Shown piece by piece: positions 56,931 through 64,000 of a stretch of DNA of 64,000 bases. The DNA lies in assembly GCA_038245905.1 (NCBI GenBank), contig JBBRRY010000013.1:20898-84897 (forward strand). Direction: 5' to 3'. The stretch is from Thermoanaerobaculia bacterium (GTDB taxonomy: Bacteria > Acidobacteriota > Thermoanaerobaculia > UBA5066). Position 1 is the first letter of the stretch. Each line of letters starts with the position of its first letter. The position numbers and the translations under genes are program-made. Below the pieces are notes generated by a model. It was not told where the DNA came from. It worked only from the letters and a program-made list of their open reading frames with translations, and did not search any database.

Positions 56931-57542
56931 ATGACACTGCGATTTTCCCGCGCGCTTGTCCGGGACGCCGCTCTCGCAGCCCTTCTCGCCGGCCTCTCTC
57001 TTCCCGCGGCCGCTCAGACGAACCGTCAGTCGGAGTTTCCCTTCGCCTTCGGCGCGGGCGGATTCGCGGTGACCGACACCGGACGGCCCGCGGACGTGAA
57101 GGCGTTTTCGACGGGAGGATTCCGCGTCTTCGCGGACGTCGAGCTCGAGTCGGGCGTGTTCCTTCAAGCGCGCTACGAGAACTTCCTTCTGCCGGGTTCG
57201 GAAGTGGCCGCGCCCCCGTTTCAGCAGTCTGCGGGCGACTCTCCGCGAGTGAAAGTGAACGGAGGCAGCCTGTCCGTCGGATACCTGTTCCGGGAAGCCT
57301 GGTGGCAGGCCGGACTCGTCGCCGGCGTCGGCGTATTCGGGCTGTCGCCGCGCGACCCGGAGGCCGGTCAGGTGCCCGCGGACGTCCGCGAGACCGTGAT
57401 CGGCTGGCACGCCGGACTGCTGACGATCTTCCAGCTCGGGAAGCGCCTGGACCTCCGGATCGAGGCCACGGGATATCTCCTCAGGACCGATGCTTCACAC
57501 AAGCCGGTCCTTGTCGGCGCTTCCCTCGCCTATCGCTTCTAG
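56931..57542 (+). CDS. Small outer-membrane beta-barrel protein
   Basis: Signal peptide ending AAA; alternating beta strands; C-terminal LAYRF. Confidence 0.72.
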   Translation: MTLRFSRALVRDAALAALLAGLSLPAAAQTNRQSEFPFAFGAGGFAVTDTGRPADVKAFSTGGFRVFADVELESGVFLQARYENFLLPGSEVAAPPFQQSAGDSPRVKVNGGSLSVGYLFREAWWQAGLVAGVGVFGLSPRDPEAGQVPADVRETVIGWHAGLLTIFQLGKRLDLRIEATGYLLRTDASHKPVLVGASLAYRF

Positions 57543-57580
57543 GTAATCCCGATCACATTCGCGAGGCCCAGACGGTGGGC

Positions 57581-57609
57581 TCCCACCCGACCTTTCGGTC
57601 GGGCGGGGA
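57581..57609 (-). terminator. Strong hairpin (terminator or 3' structure of the small transcript)
   Basis: Minus strand CCCGCCCGACC-GAAA-GGUCGGGUGGG has a GNRA loop and a G-U pair; the plus strand would give an A-C mismatch. Confidence 0.6.
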
Positions 57610-57627
57610 TTGCGGCGGTAGGATTGA

Positions 57628-57723
57628 CTAACTGAGGTATTTGATGGAGGGAAGAATCTGGAGGGCCCGACGGCTGGAAGGCCGGCGGGACTGGAGGGCG
57701 GGCGTGAAGATCGTCGTATTCAT
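57628..57723 (-). CDS. Putative 31-aa peptide MNTTIFTPALQSRRPSSRRALQILPSIKYLS (or part of an sRNA)
   Basis: ATG about 36 nt after a predicted sigma-54 start site; 23 of 30 non-start codons end in G/C; followed by a hairpin; no well-spaced SD. Confidence 0.45.
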   Translation of the reverse strand: MNTTIFTPALQSRRPSSRRALQILPSIKYLS

Positions 57724-57770
57724 TTGATGTTTAGTCGAAATGTCCGTTTCGATCTCCTGCCTATTAGTAC

Positions 57771-57785
57771 GCAAGGCCGGTGCCT
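57771..57785 (-). promoter_or_regulatory. Sigma-54 (-24/-12) promoter of an unannotated small transcript
   Basis: Minus strand AGGCAC-CGGCC-TTGC; partial IHF-like sites at 57805-57817 and 57827-57839; candidate enhancer repeats at 57885-57921. Confidence 0.65.
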
Positions 57786-57928
57786 CTGGTTTCCCGAGCT
57801 CGTGAATCAAGCTACAAATTGCTAGACGCCAAAGACTTATGCCGGATTCTGGCCCATTCAGGGGGGCCGGAGGGGACGGGCCGAGAGATCGAAAACGGAC
57901 ACTCCCGGTGCAAAAACGACAGTCTGGC

Positions 57929-58387
57929 TCAGATCCCTTCGAGGAGCGGGAGCAGCGTGGAGTCCTTCTTGACGGAGAGCGACAGCTCGACGTGAGTTCT
58001 GACCACGCCCCGGATCGTCTGAATCTTCTCGCGCAGGATCACTTCCAGATGCTCCACGTCGCGGGCCCGGATCTTGAGCCGATAGCCGAAATTTCCCGAG
58101 ATCGCGTAGCACTCCTGAACGTCGAGCAGCGCCTCGATCTCCTCGAGAAAAGGGCGCTCGAAGCGGGGGTGCTCGAGGAGGACGTCCACATGCGCCACAA
58201 GGGGCATTCCGACGAGACGGGGATCGAGGAGCGCCGTGAAACGCCGGATGAAACCGCGCGTCTCGAGCTTCTTGATCCGTTCGTTCACCGACGGCGTGGT
58301 GAGGCCTACCGTTTCCGCGATTCTCGCCTGCGAGATCTTGGCGTCTCGTTGAAGAATGTCGAGGATACGGCGATCGATGTCGTCCAT
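57929..58387 (-). CDS. Lrp/AsnC family transcriptional regulator
   Basis: MDDIDRRIL..LQ.DA.IS...IAE.VGL...V.ERIKKLE..G.I; EC..ISG..Y.LK. Confidence 0.93.
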   Translation of the reverse strand: MDDIDRRILDILQRDAKISQARIAETVGLTTPSVNERIKKLETRGFIRRFTALLDPRLVGMPLVAHVDVLLEHPRFERPFLEEIEALLDVQECYAISGNFGYRLKIRARDVEHLEVILREKIQTIRGVVRTHVELSLSVKKDSTLLPLLEGI

Positions 58388-58426
58388 ATAAAATTCGGCT
58401 TGAGGGTTCGAAACCCGAACTTTATA
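58387..58426. promoter_or_regulatory. Inverted repeat abutting the lrp start codon (candidate operator or leader hairpin)
   Basis: TATAAAATTCGG ... CCGAACTTTATA, 11 of 12 positions complementary. Confidence 0.45.
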
Positions 58427-58469
58427 CGGTCGCGAGGCCGGAAGCAACCGGCTCGCCCCGGCCTCGGGG

Positions 58470-59723
58470 TCAATCGGCGGGTCCCGGCACCTCGGCCCCC
58501 TTCGGGATCACGACGACTCCGCCCTCCGAAACATGGAAGCGCTTCTGGTCTTCCTCGAGGTCGAAGCCGATCTCGGTCCGAGGCGGGATCTTCACGCCGC
58601 GATCGACGATCACCCGCCTGAGGCGCGCGTGTCGCCCAACGTCGACGCCGTCCATGAGGACGCATTCCTCGACGTGCGAGAACGAGTTGATCCGGACCCT
58701 GGGAAAGAGAATCGACCGGTGAATCGTGCCGCCCGAAATGATGCAGCCGGACGCGACCGTCGAGTCCGTCGCGATGCCGATGCGCTGGGAAACGGCGTCC
58801 GCGAAGACGAACTTTGCCGGCGGTAGCTGCCACGCGTGGCTCTTGAGCGGCCACTTGGGATTGTAGAGGTTGAGCGGCGGCGTGACCGAGATCAGGTCCA
58901 TCGACGCATCCCAATAGGAGTCCACGGTGCCGACGTCGCGCCAGTACGGGGGCAGGTCCTCGGAGCCCGGCACGCGGTTCGTCGAGAAGTCGTAGGCGAA
59001 GAGGCGTCCGCCTCCCGCGAGAAGGGCCGGGATGATCGTCCGGCCGAAGTCGTGGGACGTGTCCTGCAGGGCGTCGTGCTCGAGGGCCTCGATGAGGACG
59101 CCGGCCCGGAAGATGTAGTTGCCCATCGACGCGAGCGCCAGCTCCGGCTGCCCGGGGATGCAGCAAGGGGCGGCGGGTTTCTCCTCGAAGCCGACGATGC
59201 GTCCGTCCGCCGCGACCTCGAGGACCCCGAACCGCGAGGCCTCGGCGATCGGCACGGGAATCGCGGCGATCGTGAGGTCATGACCGCCCTCCTCGTGAAA
59301 GAGGAGCATCGGGTTGACGTCCATCATGTAGATGTGGTCGCCCCCGAAAACACAGACGTGCTCGGGCTCCTCGTCGAAGATGAGGTCGAGGTTCTGGTAG
59401 ACGGCGTCCGCCGTGCCGCGAAACCAGTGGGGCCCGCGGCGCATCTGCGCGGGCACGGGGTCCACGAACTGGCCGATGTCGAAGCTCAGGCGCCAGGTGC
59501 GGATGATGTGCTCGATGAGCGAATTCGACTTGAACTGCGTCATGACCTTGATCTTCGTGAGGCCCGAGTTGACGCAGTTGTTGAGGGCGAAGTCGATGAT
59601 GCGGTACCGCCCGCCGAAGGGGACCGCCGGTTTCGCGCGATCCCGCGTGAGCGGGAACAGGCGCTCGCCCATCCCGCCGGCGAGGACGATCGAGAGGACG
59701 TCGCGATGCTGGAGGATTTTCAC
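58470..59723 (-). CDS. glgC: Glucose-1-phosphate adenylyltransferase
   Basis: LAGG.GERL.PLT.DRAKPAVPFGG.YR, GTADAVYQN, GDHIY.M, F.EKP, SMGNY and YWRDVG. Confidence 0.96.
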   Translation of the reverse strand: MKILQHRDVLSIVLAGGMGERLFPLTRDRAKPAVPFGGRYRIIDFALNNCVNSGLTKIKVMTQFKSNSLIEHIIRTWRLSFDIGQFVDPVPAQMRRGPHWFRGTADAVYQNLDLIFDEEPEHVCVFGGDHIYMMDVNPMLLFHEEGGHDLTIAAIPVPIAEASRFGVLEVAADGRIVGFEEKPAAPCCIPGQPELALASMGNYIFRAGVLIEALEHDALQDTSHDFGRTIIPALLAGGGRLFAYDFSTNRVPGSEDLPPYWRDVGTVDSYWDASMDLISVTPPLNLYNPKWPLKSHAWQLPPAKFVFADAVSQRIGIATDSTVASGCIISGGTIHRSILFPRVRINSFSHVEECVLMDGVDVGRHARLRRVIVDRGVKIPPRTEIGFDLEEDQKRFHVSEGGVVVIPKGAEVPGPAD

Positions 59724-59796
59724 GCTGCCGCCCGATCGTACCCCGGTTCCACGAGGCGCCCGGGGCCAGGCGCCGGTCAGGTATCGTAGCGATGCC

Positions 59797-60834
59797 ATGG
59801 CGGTGAGGGATCCCTACGAGGTTCTGGGAGTCGAGCGCAAGGCGGGTGAGGCCGACGTCAAGAAGGCCTACCGGCGCCTCGCGCGGAAGTTTCACCCCGA
59901 CGTGAACGCCGGCGACAACGCCGCGAAGAAGAAGTTCCAGGAGATCGCCGCAGCCTACGAGGTCCTCAAGGACCCGAAGCGCCGGAAGCATTTCGACCAG
60001 ACCGGCGATACCGGAGGTTCCTCCGAGGCCGGCATGCCGCAGCCGCCGGGAGGCAACCCGTTCGGCGGGGGAAATCCATTCGGCGCGTCGGGACGCGGAC
60101 CTTCACCGGGGCCGGGCGCGGCGAACTTTCGCTGGTCGGGCGATTTTGGAGACCTCTTCTCCGATCTCTTCTCGGGCGCCGGTCCGGGCGCCCGAACGGG
60201 CGGCGCGCGCGGTTTTCAGAGCCAGGACGACGACTCCGCGGCCGAGCTCACGATTCCGTTTCGCGATGCCGTCCTCGGCGGGACGATCTCGCTCAACGTG
60301 CGCGCTCCGAAGCGCTGTTCACGGTGCGGCGGGTCCGGCCGCGCGGGTCACGGGGCGTGCCCGGTCTGCCACGGCGCGGGCGAGGTGGTCTCCAAAGAGC
60401 GGCTCAGCGTGCGGATTCCGGCGGGCGTCGCGACCGGCTCCAAGGTGCGCGTGCCCGGCAAGGGCCGCACCGCAGAGGGCGACCTCTACGTCGTCCTCAC
60501 GGTCGTGCCGCATCCGTATTTTTTGCGCGAGGGGGACGACATCGTCGCGGAGGTGCCCGTCACGGTGCCCGAGGCCTACCTCGGCGCCGAGATCGACGTG
60601 CCGACGATCCATGGGCCCGTGCGCGCGCGGATCCCTTCCGGCACGGCGGGGGGGCAGCGCTTCCGCCTCAAAGGTTACGGGGTCCGGAGCGGACGCGCGG
60701 CAGACGGGGACCACTACTACCGCGTCACGATCGCCATGCCGGCGCGCGTCACGGACGAGGGCCGCGCGATCGCCGAGAAGCTGGCCGCGCTCTACGACGG
60801 CGATCCGCGCGCGAATCTTCCGCGCGGGACCTGA
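59797..60834 (+). CDS. DnaJ-class chaperone (CbpA/DnaJ-like, half zinc finger)
   Basis: J domain with HPD; G/F-rich linker; two CxxCxGxG repeats; DnaJ C-terminal domain. Confidence 0.92.
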   Translation: MAVRDPYEVLGVERKAGEADVKKAYRRLARKFHPDVNAGDNAAKKKFQEIAAAYEVLKDPKRRKHFDQTGDTGGSSEAGMPQPPGGNPFGGGNPFGASGRGPSPGPGAANFRWSGDFGDLFSDLFSGAGPGARTGGARGFQSQDDDSAAELTIPFRDAVLGGTISLNVRAPKRCSRCGGSGRAGHGACPVCHGAGEVVSKERLSVRIPAGVATGSKVRVPGKGRTAEGDLYVVLTVVPHPYFLREGDDIVAEVPVTVPEAYLGAEIDVPTIHGPVRARIPSGTAGGQRFRLKGYGVRSGRAADGDHYYRVTIAMPARVTDEGRAIAEKLAALYDGDPRANLPRGT

Positions 60835-60858
60835 GAACAAGACCGCCTCGGCGGCGGG

Positions 60859-61980
60859 CTATTCCTTCTCGGACATGTCCCTCACGACCGCGAGCGCGCG
60901 ATCGATCGGGAAGTCCGGACGGAACGGAATCGTGAGAAGCGTCGTCGAGTCGCCGCGGAGATAGACGAGGCCCTTGCCCGAGTCCCAGTAGAACGTCGGG
61001 ACGCCCGACGGAGAGATGAACGTGCCCACCATGACCTGGAAAGGCTGTTCGATCTGGTCCGGCAGACGGTTCTCCGTGAACGAACGCCCGATGGGAATGT
61101 GGCCGCGCGCGAACGACGTGCGCTGCGAAAGCGTGAGACCGTCGGGTGGTACGAGCTTCGGAAGATTGTCGGGAAACGCGAGGCGGACGACCTGCTGCGT
61201 GCGGGTCGCGAGGTTCGCGAAGGACACGAGCACGGCGCCGTTCGCCCCCGCGTCGCGCTGCAGGCCGGGATGCATATACGACGAAAGCGGAAGGCCCGAG
61301 TTGTCGGTCGGGCCCGCGGCGTTGTTCAGCTCGTTGAGATTCCACGCCGTGACGTCGTCCAGCCGGAGGCTGCCGTCCTCGATGAAGACCGCGGCATACC
61401 GCGCCTGCGAGGATTGACTCTCTTCCCACCACACGATCGAGAGGATCGTGCGCGACTTCGTGAACGTCCGGCCCGAGGAGTCGGCGTCCGTGTAGGTTTG
61501 CCGGGTCACGACGAGCTGCGGATTGACGGACACATAAAGGCCCGGGTTCGGGAGGAAGCGGCCCTCGTCCCACGCTCCGCTCCGGAGCATCGCGACGTGC
61601 ACGTCGGCGAAGAACCCACGGAGCCTCGTGTAGACGACGAAGACGGTCTGTGTCGTCTCGTCGAACTCGATCGACGGGCCGAGCTTGTCGAGCGCGTCGA
61701 CGGTGCCGCCGACGATTTCGACCGACGGACGGCCGGCGGGTGGCGTCGTGCGGAGCGCCAGGACGCTCAGCGCCGCGTCGGACGCGTTCGCGCCCATGAT
61801 GACGTCGCCATACGTCGCCGGGAACACCTCGTAAAGCGTTCCGTCCTTCGCGAGCACGGCGGACGCCGCTTCGGCCCGGTTCCAAGACGCCGCCAGGCAC
61901 ACGAACGCCACGCATGCCACGAGGCCGGCGAGGGCGCGATGGGCGAGACGAGCGATGGACTGCGAGAGGCGGCGTTTCAC
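60859..61980 (-). CDS. Secreted hypothetical protein
   Basis: GTG start 2 nt after the TPR gene stop; signal peptide; beta-rich sequence with coding-like codon usage. Confidence 0.7.
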   Translation of the reverse strand: MKRRLSQSIARLAHRALAGLVACVAFVCLAASWNRAEAASAVLAKDGTLYEVFPATYGDVIMGANASDAALSVLALRTTPPAGRPSVEIVGGTVDALDKLGPSIEFDETTQTVFVVYTRLRGFFADVHVAMLRSGAWDEGRFLPNPGLYVSVNPQLVVTRQTYTDADSSGRTFTKSRTILSIVWWEESQSSQARYAAVFIEDGSLRLDDVTAWNLNELNNAAGPTDNSGLPLSSYMHPGLQRDAGANGAVLVSFANLATRTQQVVRLAFPDNLPKLVPPDGLTLSQRTSFARGHIPIGRSFTENRLPDQIEQPFQVMVGTFISPSGVPTFYWDSGKGLVYLRGDSTTLLTIPFRPDFPIDRALAVVRDMSEKE

Positions 61981-61982
61981 GA

Positions 61983-62954
61983 TCAGCTCCGGAGGTTGAT
62001 GACGTTGCGGAAGTCGAAGACCTCGAGGTACGACCGGAGGTTTCGGAACTCCGGATAGAGGCTGGCGAGACGGTCGAAGTAGGCGTGCGCGGCGCCGTCG
62101 TCGCCCGCGAGGTGGCACGTTTCCCCGAGCAGATAAAGCAGGTTCTTCTCAGAAGCCGCCGCTTCACCCGCGGCCTCGGGCTCGGCGAGGCGCTCCAGCG
62201 CCGCTTCCCCAAAATAGCGGGCCTCCGCATAACGGTCGCTCTTGAGATAGCCGAAGCAGAGGTCGCCCAAGGGGACGATCGAGTACGCGCGCGCGCCGAG
62301 AGCCTCGAGCGTCTCGAACGACTCGTGCACGAGCGCCAGGCCGTCTGGAACCTGGTCGAGCGCGATCAGGCTGTAGCCGAGGTTGTCCTGGCAGATCGCG
62401 CGCCACGCGGGCGAGAAGGGCGCGGGCGTCTGGCCCTCGGTCGCGGCCGCGAGGTCGAGGCAGCGCCGGTACGAGTCGGCGGCCTCCGCGAATCGGCTGT
62501 CGGCCGCGAGGATGCTGCCCGCCTGGTTCTCGGCCGCTCCGGCGAGGAGAGGCTCGGAGAGCCGCGCGACGAGGGAGCGCGCGCGGGCGTTGTAGCTCGC
62601 GGCGCGGGCGTAGTTTCGGCGGATCTCGTAGATGCGGGCCGCCGTGTAGGCCGCCCGGAACGACGTGCGGGGGTCACGCGTGCGCAAGAGCACGCACTTG
62701 AGCTCGACGAGCTCCTTGTCGGCCGGGCCCATCTCCGCGGCGGCGGCCGCGCGGCACACGTACATCCAGTCGGTGAAGGCCGGGTCGTTCGTCGCGTTCG
62801 CAGCCTCGAGGGCGCGGTCGTAGGCGGCGAGCGCCGGGGAGAACTCACCCTTCTCGAGCAGAAGGAGCGCCTCGGAACGCGCGGCCTCCGCGGCGGCTTT
62901 CCGGGCGCCTGTGATCGGCACTTCGGCCTCAGTCATGTCAATCAGGTCAGTCAT
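61983..62954 (-). CDS. Tetratricopeptide-repeat protein
   Basis: Repeated helical TPR-like motifs (A..AY.RALE, NQAG.IL....RF.EA...Y, DNLGY.L, YLLGE.C...GD...A..YF); start overlaps the upstream HTH gene. Confidence 0.78.
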   Translation of the reverse strand: MTDLIDMTEAEVPITGARKAAAEAARSEALLLLEKGEFSPALAAYDRALEAANATNDPAFTDWMYVCRAAAAAEMGPADKELVELKCVLLRTRDPRTSFRAAYTAARIYEIRRNYARAASYNARARSLVARLSEPLLAGAAENQAGSILAADSRFAEAADSYRRCLDLAAATEGQTPAPFSPAWRAICQDNLGYSLIALDQVPDGLALVHESFETLEALGARAYSIVPLGDLCFGYLKSDRYAEARYFGEAALERLAEPEAAGEAAASEKNLLYLLGETCHLAGDDGAAHAYFDRLASLYPEFRNLRSYLEVFDFRNVINLRS

Positions 62955-63363
62955 GACTGTCACCGCCGCCTTCGGGGGGCCGCGTCTTGTCGGCCTGCAT
63001 CTTCTTGAAGGCGATGAACTCGCGCACTTCGCGGCGCGACTCGTCGGAAAGTGCCGCCCAGTCTTCGAACGGGACGTCCGTGGCGGGTTTGACGTCTTCG
63101 GCCGGCACCGCACCCGCGGAATCTGCCGATTCGGCCGCGGGTTCTTCGAAGAAGTTGCTCATGGACAGCTCGAACACCTGAAGGATCCGAAAGAGAGTGT
63201 CGAGACCAACCTTGTACTCACCGTTTTCCATGCGGGAAAGGTCGGATTGCGTCACCCCGATGCGCGAGGCGAGATCCGCCTGGGTCAGATGCCGGCTCTT
63301 CCGGATCTGACGGATCTTCTGCCCCACGAGGAGGATCTGGGACGCACGCGGCACAGCGCTCAT
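62947..63363 (-). CDS. XRE-family HTH transcriptional regulator
   Basis: GQKIRQIRKSRHLTQADLASRIGVTQSDLSRMENG...TL..I...F. Confidence 0.92.
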   Translation of the reverse strand: MSAVPRASQILLVGQKIRQIRKSRHLTQADLASRIGVTQSDLSRMENGEYKVGLDTLFRILQVFELSMSNFFEEPAAESADSAGAVPAEDVKPATDVPFEDWAALSDESRREVREFIAFKKMQADKTRPPEGGGDSHD

Positions 63364-63378
63364 GACCGTTCGTCGTCT

Positions 63379-63406
63379 AAGATAGACCCTCCGGCCCGGG
63401 TGTCAA
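63379..63406 (-). promoter_or_regulatory. Sigma-70-type promoter of the XRE-TPR operon
   Basis: Minus strand TTGACA, 16 nt, TATCTT. Confidence 0.55.
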
Positions 63407-63440
63407 GCGGTTTCAGGGGGGTTGGAGTACGGCTACCTCG

Positions 63441-64000
63441 TTGAAGAACAAGCTCTTTCTGCTCTCTGAGCTGCTCCGCAGGGATCTCGCTGCCCGGTAC
63501 GCCGGAAGCTTCGCGGGTCCGCTGTGGGCTGTCCTCAATCCGGCCGTCGTCTGCGCCGTATATGCCTTCGTCTTCGCGGGCATCTTGAAGCTGCCGCCGC
63601 CAGCAGGGTTCCGGGGTGGCTACGTGGAGTTCCTCCTTGCGGGCCTCCTGCCCTGGCTCGGCGTGCAGGAGGCGATCATGAGGGCGACGACCTCGGTCAG
63701 TGATCAGGCCCATCTCGTCAAGAAGCTGCGCTTTCCGATCGAGCTGCTCGTGGCCTCGAGCGTGGGTGCGGCCCTCGTCATTCAAGTGGTGGGCCTCGCG
63801 ATCCTGACGATTTTCCTTCTCGCTTCGGGGCGCGGGGCCGTGCACCCGGGGCTCCTCGTTCTCGCGTTCGTATTCGAGCTCCTGCTCCTCGCGGGCCCGG
63901 TGCTGGTTCTCGCGTCGCTCAACGTCTTTTTCCGCGACATCGCGCAGATTCTGCCGCCCATCCTCATGATCGCGTTCTGGCTGACGCCGATCTTCTACGC
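63441..64000 (+). CDS. ABC-2 polysaccharide export permease (Wzm-like), 3' truncated; not in the supplied ORF track
   Basis: TTG start; LLRRDLAARYAGSFAGPLWAVLNP, FLLAGLLPW, LVKKLRFP and FFRD.AQILP...FWLTPIFY; open to the window end. Confidence 0.88.
   Translation, partial: MKNKLFLLSELLRRDLAARYAGSFAGPLWAVLNPAVVCAVYAFVFAGILKLPPPAGFRGGYVEFLLAGLLPWLGVQEAIMRATTSVSDQAHLVKKLRFPIELLVASSVGAALVIQVVGLAILTIFLLASGRGAVHPGLLVLAFVFELLLLAGPVLVLASLNVFFRDIAQILPPILMIAFWLTPIFY

Noticed and set aside
57601-57700. Plus-strand GGA/GGAGGG repeats as a CsrB/RsmZ-like RNA
   Set aside because: No plus-strand promoter seen; promoter orientation, GNRA loop and G-U pair all favour the minus strand.
57628-57810. 60-aa version of the small ORF given in the ORF track
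   Set aside because: Its TTG start lies upstream of the predicted sigma-54 promoter; the ATG at 57723 fits better.
58402-58418. GAGGGTTCGAAACCC, resembling a tRNA T-arm
   Set aside because: Only 3 bp of stem; no D-arm, anticodon arm or acceptor stem can be built around it.
229-63967. Many long overlapping alternative-frame ORFs (for example 229-1665, 17763-21335, 23405-25939, 50226-51971)
   Set aside because: Arg/Ala/Pro-rich shadow frames expected at high GC; each overlaps a well-supported gene and has no recognisable motifs.
1-64000. CRISPR arrays, IS elements, integrases, prophage genes, rRNA and tRNA
   Set aside because: No regularly spaced direct repeats, transposase or integrase motifs, or RNA-gene signatures found by eye; covariance-model searches were not possible.

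Overview
High-GC bacterial chromosomal segment. Gene content suggests Acidobacteriota, possibly Thermoanaerobaculia (inference, not tested). It is mostly housekeeping: an oxidative-stress cluster (trxB, peroxiredoxin, rubrerythrin/Fe-S protein/DUF3501) with two PerR/Fur-like boxes, lemA-TPM-TPM, rplU-rpmA-obgE-nadD-rsfS-(bEBP)-rlmH-dksA-holA, SNF2/SWIM, rsmI, Slt, HIT, murA-prmC, heme A/O synthesis with an ABC transporter, an NSAR/OSBS-M20-GNAT operon, prfA-rpmE, proline dehydrogenase, comF, lrp, glgC, a DnaJ-type protein and a partial wzm. I saw no tRNA, rRNA, CRISPR array or mobile element. The most interesting part is about 47-63.4 kb. A PDZ-containing sensor kinase and a sigma-54 activator are preceded by a near-consensus sigma-54 promoter. 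A second sigma-54 promoter in the AT-rich 57.54-57.93 kb intergenic region appears to drive an unannotated structured transcript containing a 31-codon ORF with CCUCCA repeats. An XRE-HTH / TPR / secreted-protein operon lies nearby. Together these may form an undescribed peptide or sRNA signalling circuit (hypothesis). Other oddities: many apparently leaderless genes, a degenerate QueD/PTPS, a receiver-less bEBP with a broken Walker B, a PAS-pseudoDHp-REC protein and a DUF420 fusion. All product calls come from motif recognition, not database searches.
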